A stretch of DNA of 64,000 nucleotides from an uncultured Pseudomonadota bacterium (GCA_902799835.1 CADCCF010000004.1:150032-214031); one strand, 5' to 3'; positions 1 through 11,630 are shown, counted from the first letter of the stretch. The notes: generated by a model from the letters alone, not told the origin. Numbers and translations: made by a program.

Positions 1-3
1 ATT

Positions 4-804
4 TTATAATTTATTGCCTTTGGCGTCATACTTTACAACTTCGGCACTATCCTGTAATTTTTTGAGAATATCACCGACCGATTTCTTTGCCAACATTGCT
101 TTCAGTTGCGGCTCAATATTCTTCAGAGGCTCCGGTTTGGCTTCACGAATATCTTCAACCAAAATCACATGATAGCCAAACTGAGTTTTTACCGGAGTTT
201 TGCTGAATTGACCTTTTTTCATTGAAAAAGCGGCTTCGGCAAATTCCGGAACCATCATCTCTTTGGTAAAGTATCCCAATTCTGCCGGCTCTTTGGAATA
301 TTCTTTAGCCAATTTATCAAACTGTCCGGCATCATTTAACTTGGCAATAACTTCTTTAGCGGCTGCCTCATTATCAACCAAAATATGTTTAGCCTTGATT
401 TCTTTTTCGCCATGAAATGTATCTTTGTAATCTTCATAGAGTTTTTTAACTGCTTTATCATCAACTGCGGCACGAACTTTTTTATCCAAATAAATCTTGC
501 GGGCTAACTCTTGTTTTAATCCTTTTAATTGAGCAGCATATTCCGGCGATTCGGTAATTTTTTCCTTTTCGGCAGCCTGATAAACAATCTCGCCATCAAC
601 AAAAATATCCAATGTGTTGTTATAAAATTCATCAAATGATGTCTTCTCTTTTACGGCCGGATTGGCATTATAAGCTGTTTTGATATCTTCAACTTTAATT
701 TGCTTGCCGTTCACAACTGCGGCAACACCATCTTTGCCGGCAGCTTGAGCGTTGAAAGCACTCAACACCCCCATCATGGCTAACGCAATAAATTTGTTAT
801 TCAT
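4..804 (-). CDS. Periplasmic parvulin-type peptidyl-prolyl cis-trans isomerase (SurA/PrsA-like)
   Basis: Signal peptide MNNKFIALAMMGVLSAFNAQA. Parvulin rotamase domain (KAKHILV..., GYHVILVED). AAGGAG ribosome-binding site 8 nt upstream of the ATG at 804. The ORF-track start at 861 looks like an N-terminal extension. Confidence 0.75.
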   Translation of the reverse strand: MNNKFIALAMMGVLSAFNAQAAGKDGVAAVVNGKQIKVEDIKTAYNANPAVKEKTSFDEFYNNTLDIFVDGEIVYQAAEKEKITESPEYAAQLKGLKQELARKIYLDKKVRAAVDDKAVKKLYEDYKDTFHGEKEIKAKHILVDNEAAAKEVIAKLNDAGQFDKLAKEYSKEPAELGYFTKEMMVPEFAEAAFSMKKGQFSKTPVKTQFGYHVILVEDIREAKPEPLKNIEPQLKAMLAKKSVGDILKKLQDSAEVVKYDAKGNKL

Positions 805-977
805 CTTCATCTCCTTATAAAAACTTTCATCACTAAAATTTATACAACAATCATATCTCAAATTCCAAGCTCTTTTTTTTGCTGGTTTATAACTTGGCGC
901 GACACTTGACAGGCGGGCATAAAAACACTAGATATATATCAACTGAAACTTTTGATTATATATTTAAGGATAATACC

Positions 978-3701
978 ATGATAGGCAGCATTGCACGCAA
1001 GATATTCGGCTCCGCCAATGATCGTTATGTTAAAAGACAATATAAAATTGTAGAAAAAATCAATTCATTAGAGCCGGAAATTTCTCAACTTTCTGATGAA
1101 CAACTACGTGCCAAAACTGATGAATTTAAAAAACGCTTATCCCAAGGCGAAACTTTAGACGAACTTTTACCCGAGGCTTTTGCCGTAGTGCGCGAAGCTG
1201 CCAAACGTACTCTTGGTCAACGCCATTATGATGTTCAGCTTATCGGCGGTATCGTTCTGCATCACGGTCAAATTGCCGAAATGAAAACCGGCGAAGGTAA
1301 AACTCTGGTGGCCACCCTCGCCGCCTATCTTAACGCTCTTGATGGCAAAGGTGTTCATATCGTTACTGTCAACGACTATTTGGCCAAACGCGATGCCGAA
1401 TGGATGGGACAAGTTTATCGTTTCTTAGGGCTTACTGTTGATTATATCATTCATGAAAAGGATGATGATCAACGTCGTGCCGCCTACAATGCCGATATTC
1501 TTTATGCTACCAACAACGAGCTCGGTTTTGATTACTTGCGTGACAATATGAAATTTCGACTTTCCGATATGGTACAACGCCCTTTTAACTATGCCATTGT
1601 CGATGAAGTTGACTCTATTTTGATTGATGAAGCCCGAACACCTTTAATTATATCCGGTGCAGCCGAAGATAGCTCGGAAAAATATATTTTGGTTAATCGC
1701 ATAATTCCGCAATTATCCGACGATGATTACGAAAAAGACGAAAAAGCTCGTCAGGTAACTTTAACCGAAAAAGGTATGGTTCATGTCGAAGAATTGCTGA
1801 AAAATGTCGGACTTATCAAAGAAGGTGGTCTTTATGATTTGGCTAATGTAAGTCTTGTCCACCATGTAAATCAGGCTTTGCGTGCTCACAAAATGCACAT
1901 CAAAGATGTTGATTATATCGTCAAAGACGGCAAAGTTATGATTATTGACGAATTTACCGGTCGTATGATGGAAGGACGCCGCTATTCCGATGGTCTGCAC
2001 CAAGCTATTGAAGCTAAAGAGGGAGTACAAATTCAATCAGAAAACCAAACCCTTGCTTCAATTACTTTCCAAAACTATTTCCGAATTTATCCCAAGCTGG
2101 CCGGTATGACCGGAACAGCCATGACCGAAGAAGCTGAGTTTAACGATATTTACAATCTATCATGTGTTGAAATTCCTACCAATCGTCCGGTAATACGACA
2201 AGATATGCATGATGAAATCTATCGTACTGCCAATGAAAAGTATGATGCCATCATCAAGACCATAATTGAATGTCACGAAAAAGGTCAACCAGTTTTGGTC
2301 GGCACTGCCTCTATTGAAAAATCAGAATTGGTTGCTGACTTGTTATCCAAACGTACCAACCTGAAATTTGAAGTACTAAATGCCCGTCACCATGAACGTG
2401 AGGCTTACATCATTGCTCAGGCCGGACGCTCCGGTGCCATCACTGTTGCCACCAACATGGCCGGACGCGGTACTGACATCCAGTTGGGCGGTAACGTTGA
2501 TATGCGCTTAAAAGAAACCTTAAAAGGCAACGAAACGCCTGAACAGATTGAAGCTTTACGCGAAAAAATCAAACAAGAGGTCGCTGCCGACAAAGAAAAG
2601 GTTAAGTCTGCCGGCGGACTTTATATCTTGGGTACTGAACGCCATGAAAGTCGTCGTATTGACAACCAATTACGTGGTCGTTCCGGTCGTCAAGGTGATC
2701 CTGGAACCTCCAAATTCTTCCTTTCACTGGAAGATGATTTAATGCGCATTTTTGGCTCCGAGCGCATGGGTGTTATGTTACAGCATTTAGGTTTGCCTGA
2801 AGGCGAACCGCTGGTTCACCCGTGGATTAGCAAGGCTCTGGAAAAGGCTCAACAAAAAGTTGAAGAACGCAACTTTGATATTCGTAAGAATTTGCTCAAA
2901 TATGACGATGTTATGAATGAGCAACGCAAAGTAATTTACGCTCAACGCCGCGAGTTGATGGAATCCGAAGATGTCTCCGAAGTTCTTGTTGATATGTATC
3001 ATGACCAAATTCGCAATGTTATATACAAAGATATCACCTATGGCTCATCACCCAAAGATTGGAATTTGGAACTCATTAACCAAGATTTGTCTCGCCTGAC
3101 CGGCTATATTTTCCCGCTGCAAGAATGGATCGGCGATACTGAAATGGATTCCGAAAAACTGGTTGATTTAGTTTGCGAAGCCGTTGACAAATCGCAAGCT
3201 CAGAAAAATTCATCTGTTCCTTCCGATATTTTGCGTGTCGTTGAAAAATCTATCCTTTTACAAGAGTTAGACACTTTGTGGAAAGACCATATAGCAACAT
3301 TGGATTATATGCGCCATACCATTGTTCTGCGCGCTTACGGACAAAAAGATCCTCTCAATGAATACAAAAAAGAAGCTTTCAATATGTTTTCTGAAATGCT
3401 TTCACAATTGGGTGAAAAAGTATCTTTTATCCTGTTGCGTACGGTTATCAAACAAAATTCCGCTGAAAAAATGGAACAACAACCTTCTGCAATGAAAGAG
3501 GTTCATGAATCTCCTGTAAATTTATTATCAGGAAAGTCTGAAAATGAGGCGATGCAAGCTCCTGAAAAGCCCACTACTTTCAGTTATGGTAATCAACAAG
3601 TTGATCCTAACAATCCCAATACCTGGGGAAAAATATCACGCAATGACCCCTGCCCTTGCGGATCAGGTAAAAAATACAAGCATTGTCACGGCAAAATCTA
3701 G
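978..3701 (+). CDS. secA: Preprotein translocase ATPase SecA
   Basis: Canonical SecA N-terminus [24 protein letters not shown]-like motor motifs. C-terminal zinc finger [19 protein letters not shown] ribosome-binding site at 966-970. Confidence 0.95.
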   Translation: MIGSIARKIFGSANDRYVKRQYKIVEKINSLEPEISQLSDEQLRAKTDEFKKRLSQGETLDELLPEAFAVVREAAKRTLGQRHYDVQLIGGIVLHHGQIAEMKTGEGKTLVATLAAYLNALDGKGVHIVTVNDYLAKRDAEWMGQVYRFLGLTVDYIIHEKDDDQRRAAYNADILYATNNELGFDYLRDNMKFRLSDMVQRPFNYAIVDEVDSILIDEARTPLIISGAAEDSSEKYILVNRIIPQLSDDDYEKDEKARQVTLTEKGMVHVEELLKNVGLIKEGGLYDLANVSLVHHVNQALRAHKMHIKDVDYIVKDGKVMIIDEFTGRMMEGRRYSDGLHQAIEAKEGVQIQSENQTLASITFQNYFRIYPKLAGMTGTAMTEEAEFNDIYNLSCVEIPTNRPVIRQDMHDEIYRTANEKYDAIIKTIIECHEKGQPVLVGTASIEKSELVADLLSKRTNLKFEVLNARHHEREAYIIAQAGRSGAITVATNMAGRGTDIQLGGNVDMRLKETLKGNETPEQIEALREKIKQEVAADKEKVKSAGGLYILGTERHESRRIDNQLRGRSGRQGDPGTSKFFLSLEDDLMRIFGSERMGVMLQHLGLPEGEPLVHPWISKALEKAQQKVEERNFDIRKNLLKYDDVMNEQRKVIYAQRRELMESEDVSEVLVDMYHDQIRNVIYKDITYGSSPKDWNLELINQDLSRLTGYIFPLQEWIGDTEMDSEKLVDLVCEAVDKSQAQKNSSVPSDILRVVEKSILLQELDTLWKDHIATLDYMRHTIVLRAYGQKDPLNEYKKEAFNMFSEMLSQLGEKVSFILLRTVIKQNSAEKMEQQPSAMKEVHESPVNLLSGKSENEAMQAPEKPTTFSYGNQQVDPNNPNTWGKISRNDPCPCGSGKKYKHCHGKI

Positions 3702-3763
3702 ATTGCCGTTTATATAAAATTAACCTGTATTTGCTATACTTCGCTATATTATAGGAGGTATCC

Positions 3764-4861
3764 ATGTTCAGATTATATACTCTAATTGCTTTGTCTGTTC
3801 TTCTAACGGGCAACGTTTATGCTCAAGAAAGCCTGTCTCTGCTCGGTGATGAGCCGGCTCCACAAGCATCTGAAACTCCAAAGCAAGATGTTTCTGAAAA
3901 TGTTTCTGAACCTTCAAATGAAAAAAGTGCCAAAGAAGATAGCGCTTTATTTAACTTCATGGGGCTGAAAATACCTAATTTTGTATCATCACCTTCTAAA
4001 GATGAAAATTCCTTGGAAACCCTCACTCAAAAAGCTGAAGATGGCGATGTTTCAGCGCAATTAAAACTTGGATACGCTTATCTCTATGGCCTGGAAGGGC
4101 TTACCGCCGACTATGAAAAGGCATTTCACTATTACGAGCTCGCCGCCAATCAAAACGATAAAATAGGTATCAATAACTTGGGAAGTCTTTATTACAATGG
4201 TATTGGAACCAAGCGTAATCCGCGTAAAGCAGCCCTATTGTTTGCTAAAGCCGCTGAAGCTGGAAACTTTGATGCCGCAACTAACCTAGGTTTTATTTAT
4301 GTCAGTGGTAGTGGCATTGAACAAAATGTCGAAACCGGTATAGCTAATTTTGAAAAAGCTGCTACCGGAGGTAATGTTTTGGCGCAATTTATGACCGGAT
4401 GCGCTTATTACTACGGCAAACATCGTCAACTTAATTTTATCAAAGCGGCTCCTTTAATCAAGGCCGCGGCTGACCAAGGTTTTGATGAAGCACAATTTTT
4501 GATTGCAACAATGTATATGAATGGTCAGGGATATCCACAAAACTATGGTAACGCTATTAAGTATTTAAAAAGGGCTGCCGGACAAGGACATCTTCAAGCT
4601 ATGATGAAACTTGCCGATATCTATTCTGGCACCACCAAATATCCTGCTGACATCCAACAGGCTCACACTTTATATAATATCGCAGCAGTTCGCGGAGTTA
4701 GAGGCGCTATCGAGCTACGCGAAAAAGTCGAAGGAAAAATGAAAATAGCTCAAATCATGAACAGCCAAACCGAAGCCGAAAACTTCAAAGATAAACCTTC
4801 CGATTTGACAATTTATGTTCGTAAAACATTTGGTACAAATATTTGTCGCTATGTGCAATAA
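3764..4861 (+). CDS. Secreted Sel1-repeat (TPR-like) protein
   Basis: Signal peptide MFRLYTLIALSVLLTGNVYA. Tandem Sel1-like repeats (xxGxAxxxLGxxYxxG pattern). Ribosome-binding site TAGGAGG. Confidence 0.7.
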   Translation: MFRLYTLIALSVLLTGNVYAQESLSLLGDEPAPQASETPKQDVSENVSEPSNEKSAKEDSALFNFMGLKIPNFVSSPSKDENSLETLTQKAEDGDVSAQLKLGYAYLYGLEGLTADYEKAFHYYELAANQNDKIGINNLGSLYYNGIGTKRNPRKAALLFAKAAEAGNFDAATNLGFIYVSGSGIEQNVETGIANFEKAATGGNVLAQFMTGCAYYYGKHRQLNFIKAAPLIKAAADQGFDEAQFLIATMYMNGQGYPQNYGNAIKYLKRAAGQGHLQAMMKLADIYSGTTKYPADIQQAHTLYNIAAVRGVRGAIELREKVEGKMKIAQIMNSQTEAENFKDKPSDLTIYVRKTFGTNICRYVQ

Positions 4862-4865
4862 AGAA

Positions 4866-6206
4866 TTATCTGAAATTACGAATATTATTCTCTAACCAGT
4901 GAATATCGTAAAGTCCGTCAATATATTCAGGTTGAGCTATGATTTTTTGGTGCAAAGGAATAGTCGTCTTTACGCCATCAATTACAAATTCTTCCAACGC
5001 CCGATGCAACCGCATCAAAACGCCGTTACGGGTGCGACCATGCACAATCAGCTTAGCAATCATGCTGTCATAGAATGGAGGAATTTTATAACCTGAGTAA
5101 ATCTCGGAATCGACCCTAACTCCCAATCCACCCGGAGCATGCCATTCTGTAATTTTTCCGGCATTAGGCACAAAAGTTTCGGGATCTTCAGCATTAATAC
5201 GACATTCTATGGCACATCCGTTCAATTTAATATCATCTTGGGTATAACCTAACTTCGCACCATCAGCTATTCTCAATTGCTCTCTTACAATATCAATGCC
5301 TGAGACAGCCTCAGTAATCGGATGCTCAACTTGCAAACGTGTATTCATCTCTAAAAAGTAAAACTTGCCGTTCTCAAACAAGAATTCCAAAGTTCCGGCA
5401 CTGACATAACCGATTTTTTCCATAGCTGACTTGGCAAGCTCGCAAAGCTCTTTTCGCTGTTGCTCATTCAAAGCCGGAGACGGAGTTTCTTCAATAATTT
5501 TTTGATTCTGGCGTTGAATTGAACAATCCCTTTCTCCCAAACAAACAACATGCCCATAACTGTCTGCCAGAATTTGAACTTCAATATGGCGGGGATTTTG
5601 CAAATATTTTTCCATATACACTTCATCACTAGAAAACGAAGCTTTGGCCTCAGCTCGGGCCATCATATATGCCGTGGCGATTTCTTGTTCATTATTAGCA
5701 ATTTTCATCCCCTTACCACCACCACCGGCTTTGGCTTTAATAATAATCGGATAGCCGATAGTCGCTGCCTTTTCTTTGGCATCATCAATACTCTGCAAAG
5801 CATCGCTTCCTTCTACCACCGGCAGACCACACTCTTTGGCAAATTCTCTGGCTTTGAGTTTATCTCCCATCATACGTATTTGCTCAGGTTTAGGACCGAT
5901 AAAGGCAATACCGTGTTCTTCAACCATTTCTGCAAAATCTGCATCTTCCGACAAAAAACCATATCCCGGGTGAATGGCATCAACCCCTGTAATTGTCGCA
6001 GCTGAGATAATCGCTGACTTATTCAAATAAGAATCTGCGGCTCGAGCCGGACCTATACAAACCGCCTCATCAGCCAATCTAACATGCATAGCATTTGCAT
6101 CAGCCTCCGAATGAACAGCTACGGTCTTTATCCCCATCTCGCGACAAGCCCGATGAATTCGTAACGCAACCTCGCCACGATTGGCAATCAAAACTTTTTC
6201 AAACAT
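4866..6206 (-). CDS. accC: Acetyl-CoA carboxylase biotin carboxylase subunit
   Basis: N-terminus MFEKVLIANRGE. ATP-grasp and biotin carboxylase motifs. Lies directly downstream of accB. Confidence 0.95.
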   Translation of the reverse strand: MFEKVLIANRGEVALRIHRACREMGIKTVAVHSEADANAMHVRLADEAVCIGPARAADSYLNKSAIISAATITGVDAIHPGYGFLSEDADFAEMVEEHGIAFIGPKPEQIRMMGDKLKAREFAKECGLPVVEGSDALQSIDDAKEKAATIGYPIIIKAKAGGGGKGMKIANNEQEIATAYMMARAEAKASFSSDEVYMEKYLQNPRHIEVQILADSYGHVVCLGERDCSIQRQNQKIIEETPSPALNEQQRKELCELAKSAMEKIGYVSAGTLEFLFENGKFYFLEMNTRLQVEHPITEAVSGIDIVREQLRIADGAKLGYTQDDIKLNGCAIECRINAEDPETFVPNAGKITEWHAPGGLGVRVDSEIYSGYKIPPFYDSMIAKLIVHGRTRNGVLMRLHRALEEFVIDGVKTTIPLHQKIIAQPEYIDGLYDIHWLENNIRNFR

Positions 6207-6215
6207 TTTGACCTC

Positions 6216-6710
6216 TTACTCAATTATCAGCAAAGACTCACCATATTCAACCGGATCACCCGACTCAACCAAAATTTTGGTAACAATACCAGAGCGATGG
6301 GCTTTAACCGGATTAAATGTCTTCATTGCCTCAATCAAACAAACGATATCACCTTCTTTAACCTTATCACCGACATTAACATAATCTGGTTTCGTCGGAT
6401 CCGGTGACAAATAAACCACACCGACAATTGGGGCTTTAACACTACCGGCATTATTCGAATAATCATCAATTGAAAAATCATTACTGTCTGTTGCTGTATT
6501 AGCTTTTGCAGTATTAACCGGCTGTATAGTTTGAAGCGGAGCAACTGTCTGAACCAAAGCTGAGCCGCTGTTGCTTTTTATACTTATACGGCATTTCTCG
6601 TCCTCATATTCCAATTCGCTCAAATTATTTTTGTTCAAAACTTCAGCCAGTTTATTTATAACTTTTGTATCAATTTGATTATTCATAACATTATCTTTCA
6701 AAAAAATCAC
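6216..6710 (-). CDS. accB: Biotin carboxyl carrier protein
   Basis: C-terminal biotinyl domain with EAMKT motif. Probable true start at MNNQID (6686). Confidence 0.9.
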   Translation of the reverse strand: MIFLKDNVMNNQIDTKVINKLAEVLNKNNLSELEYEDEKCRISIKSNSGSALVQTVAPLQTIQPVNTAKANTATDSNDFSIDDYSNNAGSVKAPIVGVVYLSPDPTKPDYVNVGDKVKEGDIVCLIEAMKTFNPVKAHRSGIVTKILVESGDPVEYGESLLIIE

Positions 6711-6848
6711 TCTTTTGTTAAAATATCATTTTTTGCAAAAAATACAACAAAAATTATGCATTTTTAGCATTTTTTATGCTTTTTTGCTCAAAAATGCAAT
6801 TTTCAAATTTTATTACTTTTGTGTCTTATTGTCGCTGTTTTTAAAATT

Positions 6849-6864
6849 TGGCACGCAACTTGCA
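6849..6864 (+). promoter_or_regulatory. Sigma-54 (-24/-12) promoter TGGCAC-N5-TTGCA upstream of fliK
   Basis: Exact match to TGGCAC gcaac TTGCA, about 40 nt upstream of the fliK ATG. Confidence 0.6.
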
Positions 6865-6903
6865 TATACTTCTGCAAGCTTAATTTTTTATAAGGCGAAA
6901 AAG

Positions 6904-8559
6904 ATGGAAATACAAGATAGAAACAGCATTATGCAACTTGCACTTAATTTCAACTTTGACAGTAAAAACTTGTCATCTGCCAGTGAGATTGGTTTTATTG
7001 ACATGATTAAAAATGTTCCGGTTGATAATAATGTTAAAGCATCTGCTTTTGATACTTCTAAAAATGCAGATTCTTTAGTTTCTGAAAAAAATAAAACTTC
7101 TCGTCCCTCCAACAAAAACAATAATGACTTTTCGGCAAACAAAACTCTCAAGAAAACTGCCACAAAGTCGTCAGATAAGGTTGAGAAAAAGACAGTAGAA
7201 CAAAACAACAAACAGGAAGTCACTACTGCTCCGGCTGCTGTAAACTCTTCGAACCCTCAAGATAATGTTCAAACACAACCTTCAACTGATGCAGCCTATG
7301 TTCAAGTTGAAAATGATGTCGAAAGCACTGGCGCTGAGGTCGCAACTGAAATTCCCGCCATAATCGAAAATGCTGAAACAATGGTTGCTGAAAATTTATG
7401 GGATTTAGGTAAAATATTTGATTTGCCTCAAATGTCTGTATCTCCGATAGAGCAAACTGAAGTTGTTACTGATGACACTGATATAATTACAGTCACTCCA
7501 GAAAATACAACTTCTGAAGATGCTACTGTTACTACCATTGTTGAAGATACCACATCTGCTAAAACCGTTCAGGTTGTTGAAAAAGTAACACCACAAACTG
7601 TGGCTATGAATTTAGATACCATTGAAGATACAACCGCTCATAAAGCCGCTTCTTCTCAGCAAAATGACAATCCGTTAAATATGCCCATTGACGAAAAGAG
7701 TGATTTGTTAATTCAGCAAGCTCAACATCTGGATACCAAAATCGGTACATCACACCATCTCAAAATTGATGTTAACGTCAATGAGGCAAAAATTGCCGCC
7801 CCTATCGAAAACAACATTTTGCAAAATTCATTTGCAATTACTTCCATGTTGCAAGGCGACAACATGTCTGACACCCCGATAAATGTTGAAAACTTTATTG
7901 AAGGTGAACAAATTCTAACCAACAACAATACTGTTCAAAACAATGCTGAAACCACACCATTGGCTGTCAATAATGTATTTGTTGCTGACATCTCCGGTCA
8001 AACCGCTTCTTTATCTGCCTCCGAAGATGTTGCTATGATAAATTCCATACAGCCTGTTGAATTGTCGGTCTCGCATCTGACACCCAAAAATGAATTATCT
8101 CCTCGCTTACAAGAGGTAAATGATGATGCCTCCCTGAAAGGTTTGGGCAAAGAGGTAATTGAACAAATCAAAGTCAATATCACCAAATCAGCTGTTAAAG
8201 GAGTTGATACTATCGATATTGAATTAAAGCCTGAAGAATTAGGCAAAGTACAAGTTCGCATGTATATCAGCAGAGATGGCAAACTGCATGCTGACATCAT
8301 AGCCTCAAGACAAGAAACCTCTGATTTGCTTCAACGCGAAGTTGAAAGTTTGAGCAAATCATTCCAAGATGCCGGCTATGATACTGACAAACAAAACTTT
8401 AATTTCAGCTCTCAGGAAGAACGTCAAGCCAATCACAACCGTGAAGAAAACAAATTTCAGCAGTTTATTGGTGAGACCTTGGCTCAAGAATCTGAACCGA
8501 CCGGAGTAAATGATAATCTGGCGTATGACCCCAAAGTCGGTCTTAACATCAGAGTATAG
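6904..8559 (+). CDS. fliK: Flagellar hook-length control protein FliK
   Basis: C-terminal FliK (Flg_hook) domain: LKPEELGKVQVRMYISRDGKLHADIIASRQETSDLL. Low-complexity T/S/Q-rich N-terminal region. The ORF-track start at 6715 is a non-coding AT-rich extension that contains the promoter. Confidence 0.65.
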   Translation: MEIQDRNSIMQLALNFNFDSKNLSSASEIGFIDMIKNVPVDNNVKASAFDTSKNADSLVSEKNKTSRPSNKNNNDFSANKTLKKTATKSSDKVEKKTVEQNNKQEVTTAPAAVNSSNPQDNVQTQPSTDAAYVQVENDVESTGAEVATEIPAIIENAETMVAENLWDLGKIFDLPQMSVSPIEQTEVVTDDTDIITVTPENTTSEDATVTTIVEDTTSAKTVQVVEKVTPQTVAMNLDTIEDTTAHKAASSQQNDNPLNMPIDEKSDLLIQQAQHLDTKIGTSHHLKIDVNVNEAKIAAPIENNILQNSFAITSMLQGDNMSDTPINVENFIEGEQILTNNNTVQNNAETTPLAVNNVFVADISGQTASLSASEDVAMINSIQPVELSVSHLTPKNELSPRLQEVNDDASLKGLGKEVIEQIKVNITKSAVKGVDTIDIELKPEELGKVQVRMYISRDGKLHADIIASRQETSDLLQREVESLSKSFQDAGYDTDKQNFNFSSQEERQANHNREENKFQQFIGETLAQESEPTGVNDNLAYDPKVGLNIRV

Positions 8560-8577
8560 TTATAAGGAGATTAAGCC

Positions 8578-9315
8578 ATGACAGATTTAACTTCCATCAT
8601 CAATTCCGTCAACACTTCAGCCACCAAAACCGGTGCTGCCAGCCAGACCTTGTCGGCGGATATGAACACTTTTTTGACCATGCTGACCACTCAGTTGCAA
8701 TATCAAGATCCGCTTGATCCGATGGATGCCACTGAATACACTAATCAACTGGTACAATATTCTAATGTTGAACAAGCCATTCAAACCAACACCAAATTGG
8801 ATCAGCTTTTGAGCCTGTCTATCCACAATCTCGGTGTTCAAGCTACCGGTTATGTAGGTCAGACCGTTCAAGTCTTGGGTGATGTTATGCCTTTGGCCAA
8901 TGGCGCCGCCAAAGCAACCTATACTTTGGGACAAAATGTTGAAAGCACATCTATCTTGGTTAAAGACCTTGACGGAAACACTGTTTACACTACTACCGGT
9001 GATACCTCAAGCGGAACCCACGATTTTGTGTGGAACGGCAAAGACAATTTCGGCAATCAGCTTCCGGATGGAGCTTATCAAATTGCTATTATGCCGCAGG
9101 CTTTATCCGGCCAAGCTGCGCCGACCGTAACTACCACGGTTTATGGCAAAGTTACCGGTGTCGCCAGTGATGAAAACGGAATTTATATTGGTCTTGGCGA
9201 TGCCACAACCACAACTTTAGATAACATTTTAACATCCCGCGGCTCAAGCTATTGGGATGAAATAATCGCAAGCGCTCAAGGAAATGGTAGCGCATTAAAT
9301 GACGAGAACGCTTAA
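8578..9315 (+). CDS. flgD: Flagellar hook capping/assembly protein FlgD
   Basis: FlgD N-terminal motif: FLTMLTTQLQYQDPLDPMDATEYTNQLVQYSNVEQ. Confidence 0.85.
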   Translation: MTDLTSIINSVNTSATKTGAASQTLSADMNTFLTMLTTQLQYQDPLDPMDATEYTNQLVQYSNVEQAIQTNTKLDQLLSLSIHNLGVQATGYVGQTVQVLGDVMPLANGAAKATYTLGQNVESTSILVKDLDGNTVYTTTGDTSSGTHDFVWNGKDNFGNQLPDGAYQIAIMPQALSGQAAPTVTTTVYGKVTGVASDENGIYIGLGDATTTTLDNILTSRGSSYWDEIIASAQGNGSALNDENA

Positions 9316-9339
9316 CCTTTTAGTTTTAGGAGAAAGAAC

Positions 9340-11601
9340 ATGAGTATTTTAGGTGCATTACAAGCTGGTGTTTCGGGATTATCTTCCCAATCCAGCGCCA
9401 TGGGAGCGGTAGCTGACAACATCGCTAACATGAACACTGTTGGTTACAAAGACAACAACGTGTCATTTTCGACACTGGTAACCAAACAAATTTCGTCAAA
9501 CAAATATTCCTCCGGCGGTGTCCAACCACATGCCAGCCAGAACATCAGCTCGCAAGGCTTGTTGTCTTCTGTTGCATCCAACACTTCGTTGGCGATTTCC
9601 GGAGCAGGTTTCTTCGTAGTTAACTCTTCCAATCTTGGTGACGAGACTTGGGCCTACACCCGTGCCGGCGATTTCAAAGCTGACGAAACCGGTTATATGG
9701 TAAACTCCGGTGGTTATTATGCTCAGGCTTGGTCATTATTGCCTTGGGATGGTACAACTACCGCAGCAACTGTTGATATCAATGGCATTATGTATATGAA
9801 AGCTTACAAAAACGATGCCGGTCAAACCGTCTATATCAATGACAACATTGTCGACAAAACCAACTTGCGCGGTATTGACTTATCCAAAATCGGCGGTACC
9901 GCTACACCGACAACTCAAATTGCTTTCGGTGCTAACTTACCGTCATCAACCCGCATCGGTGACACTCACTCGGTATCAACTCTTGTGTATGACAGTTTAG
10001 GTAATCCGGCCAATGTAAGCTTAAACTATCAGAAGGCTTCGGCCAACTCATGGGATTTGAACACTTCTGTTCCATCCGGAGCTGCCGCCGTAAATCTTTA
10101 CAATAAAGATCAACAAGTTTATGCTTCTGCGGCTCACATGGAATTTTCCGATGTTCCTTCCGAGGGTTCAACCATTAAAATCGGAACCACCACATTTACT
10201 TTCACATCTTCGCCTTCAGGCACTGATACTACGGAAGTTGATATTTCATCCAACGAGCTTTCAACCGTATTGAAAAACTTCCTTGCTGCCGTTCAGGCTA
10301 ACATCCGTGACGGTGGAAGATTTTCTATCGACAAAGGTGCTATTGAGGTAAATCAAAGCTTGACCGGTGAAGAATTGCAATTTGATTGCAGCAAGTGCTT
10401 GGCTTGTGTTCAATCCTCTGCTGATATCAATCAGTCAACCGGATTGCCCACCGGAACTTTCACTTTGAAAGCTATTGACAACAACCTGCGCAACGCAGCT
10501 TACATCGATGTCACCAGCCTTGCCAGTGGCAATAGCCTGACCATTAATGGCACAGCTTTTGTTTTCACCGATCAGGCCAACAGAACCTCTTCTGCTTTGA
10601 CAACTGCCTCCGGAACAATTGCTGCCGGTACTGAGATCTTTTATCTCAACGGGCAATACATTGCTGAAGATGATAGTGGTAGTTGGTATGATATCTCCGA
10701 TCTGTCATCGGCCATTGCTGATGTCAGCGCCAAAAAACCTTTTGCCAGTGTCGGAGAACCCACCGGTGATTTCACTCAAGACGTCAAAAACTTGGCTGTT
10801 GCGATTGCCAAATCTGATATTGCCGAACCGGAACGCTTTGTTGCCAGTGGTTCAACTTTAGAGATTATTCCTTCATCAACCGGTGAGGACATCAACATCT
10901 CGGATATCACTTTCGGCAATACCAGCAACTATATCCAAGGTGGTTCATCTTTGAGCATTACCACCCCGATTACCAGCAAATTTACCTCAATCAATGATGG
11001 CATTGAACATTTGGGTAGTTCGGTTCCGGCGGTTATGTTCAATTCTGACGGTACACCTAAAACCATCAATATCAACGACATGGAAATCTATTGGGCTAAT
11101 GGTGCTCAAGATATGACCGGTAATGTTGCTGATGGTGATGGTGTCAAAATTACTCTTAACATGGGTAACGAAAACACTTCCTCCGGTTTGACCAGCTTGT
11201 CCGGCAACTTCAACACCTCATACATCAACCAAGATGGTGCTACTTTCGGTAACTATACCGGAGTTACTGTCAGTGATGATGGTATTGTAACCGCCGTATT
11301 CTCAAATGGTGAAACTCAACCGATTGCCATCATACCTTTGGCCATGTTCACCAATGCTGATGGTATGGAAGCCTTAAACAACAATGTTTGGATTGCCACA
11401 ACGGCTTCAGGCACTCCGCTATTAACTCAGGCCACCTCCGGCGGTTCGGGCGAAATAGCTTCCAGTGCTTTGGAAAGCTCAACCGTTGATTTGGCCAATG
11501 AGTTCTCCAACATGATTATTGTTCAAAGAGCTTATTCAGCTGCCGGTAAGATTATTACCACCGCTGATGAAATGTTGCAGGAGCTGACATCGCTCATCTA
11601 A
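9340..11601 (+). CDS. flgE: Flagellar hook protein FlgE (long form, 753 aa)
   Basis: N-terminal rod/hook motif SGLSSQSSAMGAVADNIANMNTVGYK. C-terminal STVDLANEFSNMIIVQRAYSA. Large central insertion domain. Confidence 0.85.
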   Translation: MSILGALQAGVSGLSSQSSAMGAVADNIANMNTVGYKDNNVSFSTLVTKQISSNKYSSGGVQPHASQNISSQGLLSSVASNTSLAISGAGFFVVNSSNLGDETWAYTRAGDFKADETGYMVNSGGYYAQAWSLLPWDGTTTAATVDINGIMYMKAYKNDAGQTVYINDNIVDKTNLRGIDLSKIGGTATPTTQIAFGANLPSSTRIGDTHSVSTLVYDSLGNPANVSLNYQKASANSWDLNTSVPSGAAAVNLYNKDQQVYASAAHMEFSDVPSEGSTIKIGTTTFTFTSSPSGTDTTEVDISSNELSTVLKNFLAAVQANIRDGGRFSIDKGAIEVNQSLTGEELQFDCSKCLACVQSSADINQSTGLPTGTFTLKAIDNNLRNAAYIDVTSLASGNSLTINGTAFVFTDQANRTSSALTTASGTIAAGTEIFYLNGQYIAEDDSGSWYDISDLSSAIADVSAKKPFASVGEPTGDFTQDVKNLAVAIAKSDIAEPERFVASGSTLEIIPSSTGEDINISDITFGNTSNYIQGGSSLSITTPITSKFTSINDGIEHLGSSVPAVMFNSDGTPKTININDMEIYWANGAQDMTGNVADGDGVKITLNMGNENTSSGLTSLSGNFNTSYINQDGATFGNYTGVTVSDDGIVTAVFSNGETQPIAIIPLAMFTNADGMEALNNNVWIATTASGTPLLTQATSGGSGEIASSALESSTVDLANEFSNMIIVQRAYSAAGKIITTADEMLQELTSLI

Positions 11602-11630
11602 TTATTATCAAATCTTTTCCCTAAAACTGA

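Noticed and set aside
1167-3008. Several minus-strand and plus-strand small ORFs inside secA (1167..1412, 1761..2036, 2548..2742, 2787..3008)
   Set aside because: They are embedded in, and out of frame or antisense to, a high-confidence conserved gene. No ribosome-binding sites. Translations are low-complexity.
6715-6903. ORF-track N-terminal extension of fliK (MLKYHFLQKIQQKL...)
   Set aside because: AT-rich translation with no homology. It contains a perfect sigma-54 promoter at 6849..6864. The real start at 6904 begins the FliK-like sequence.
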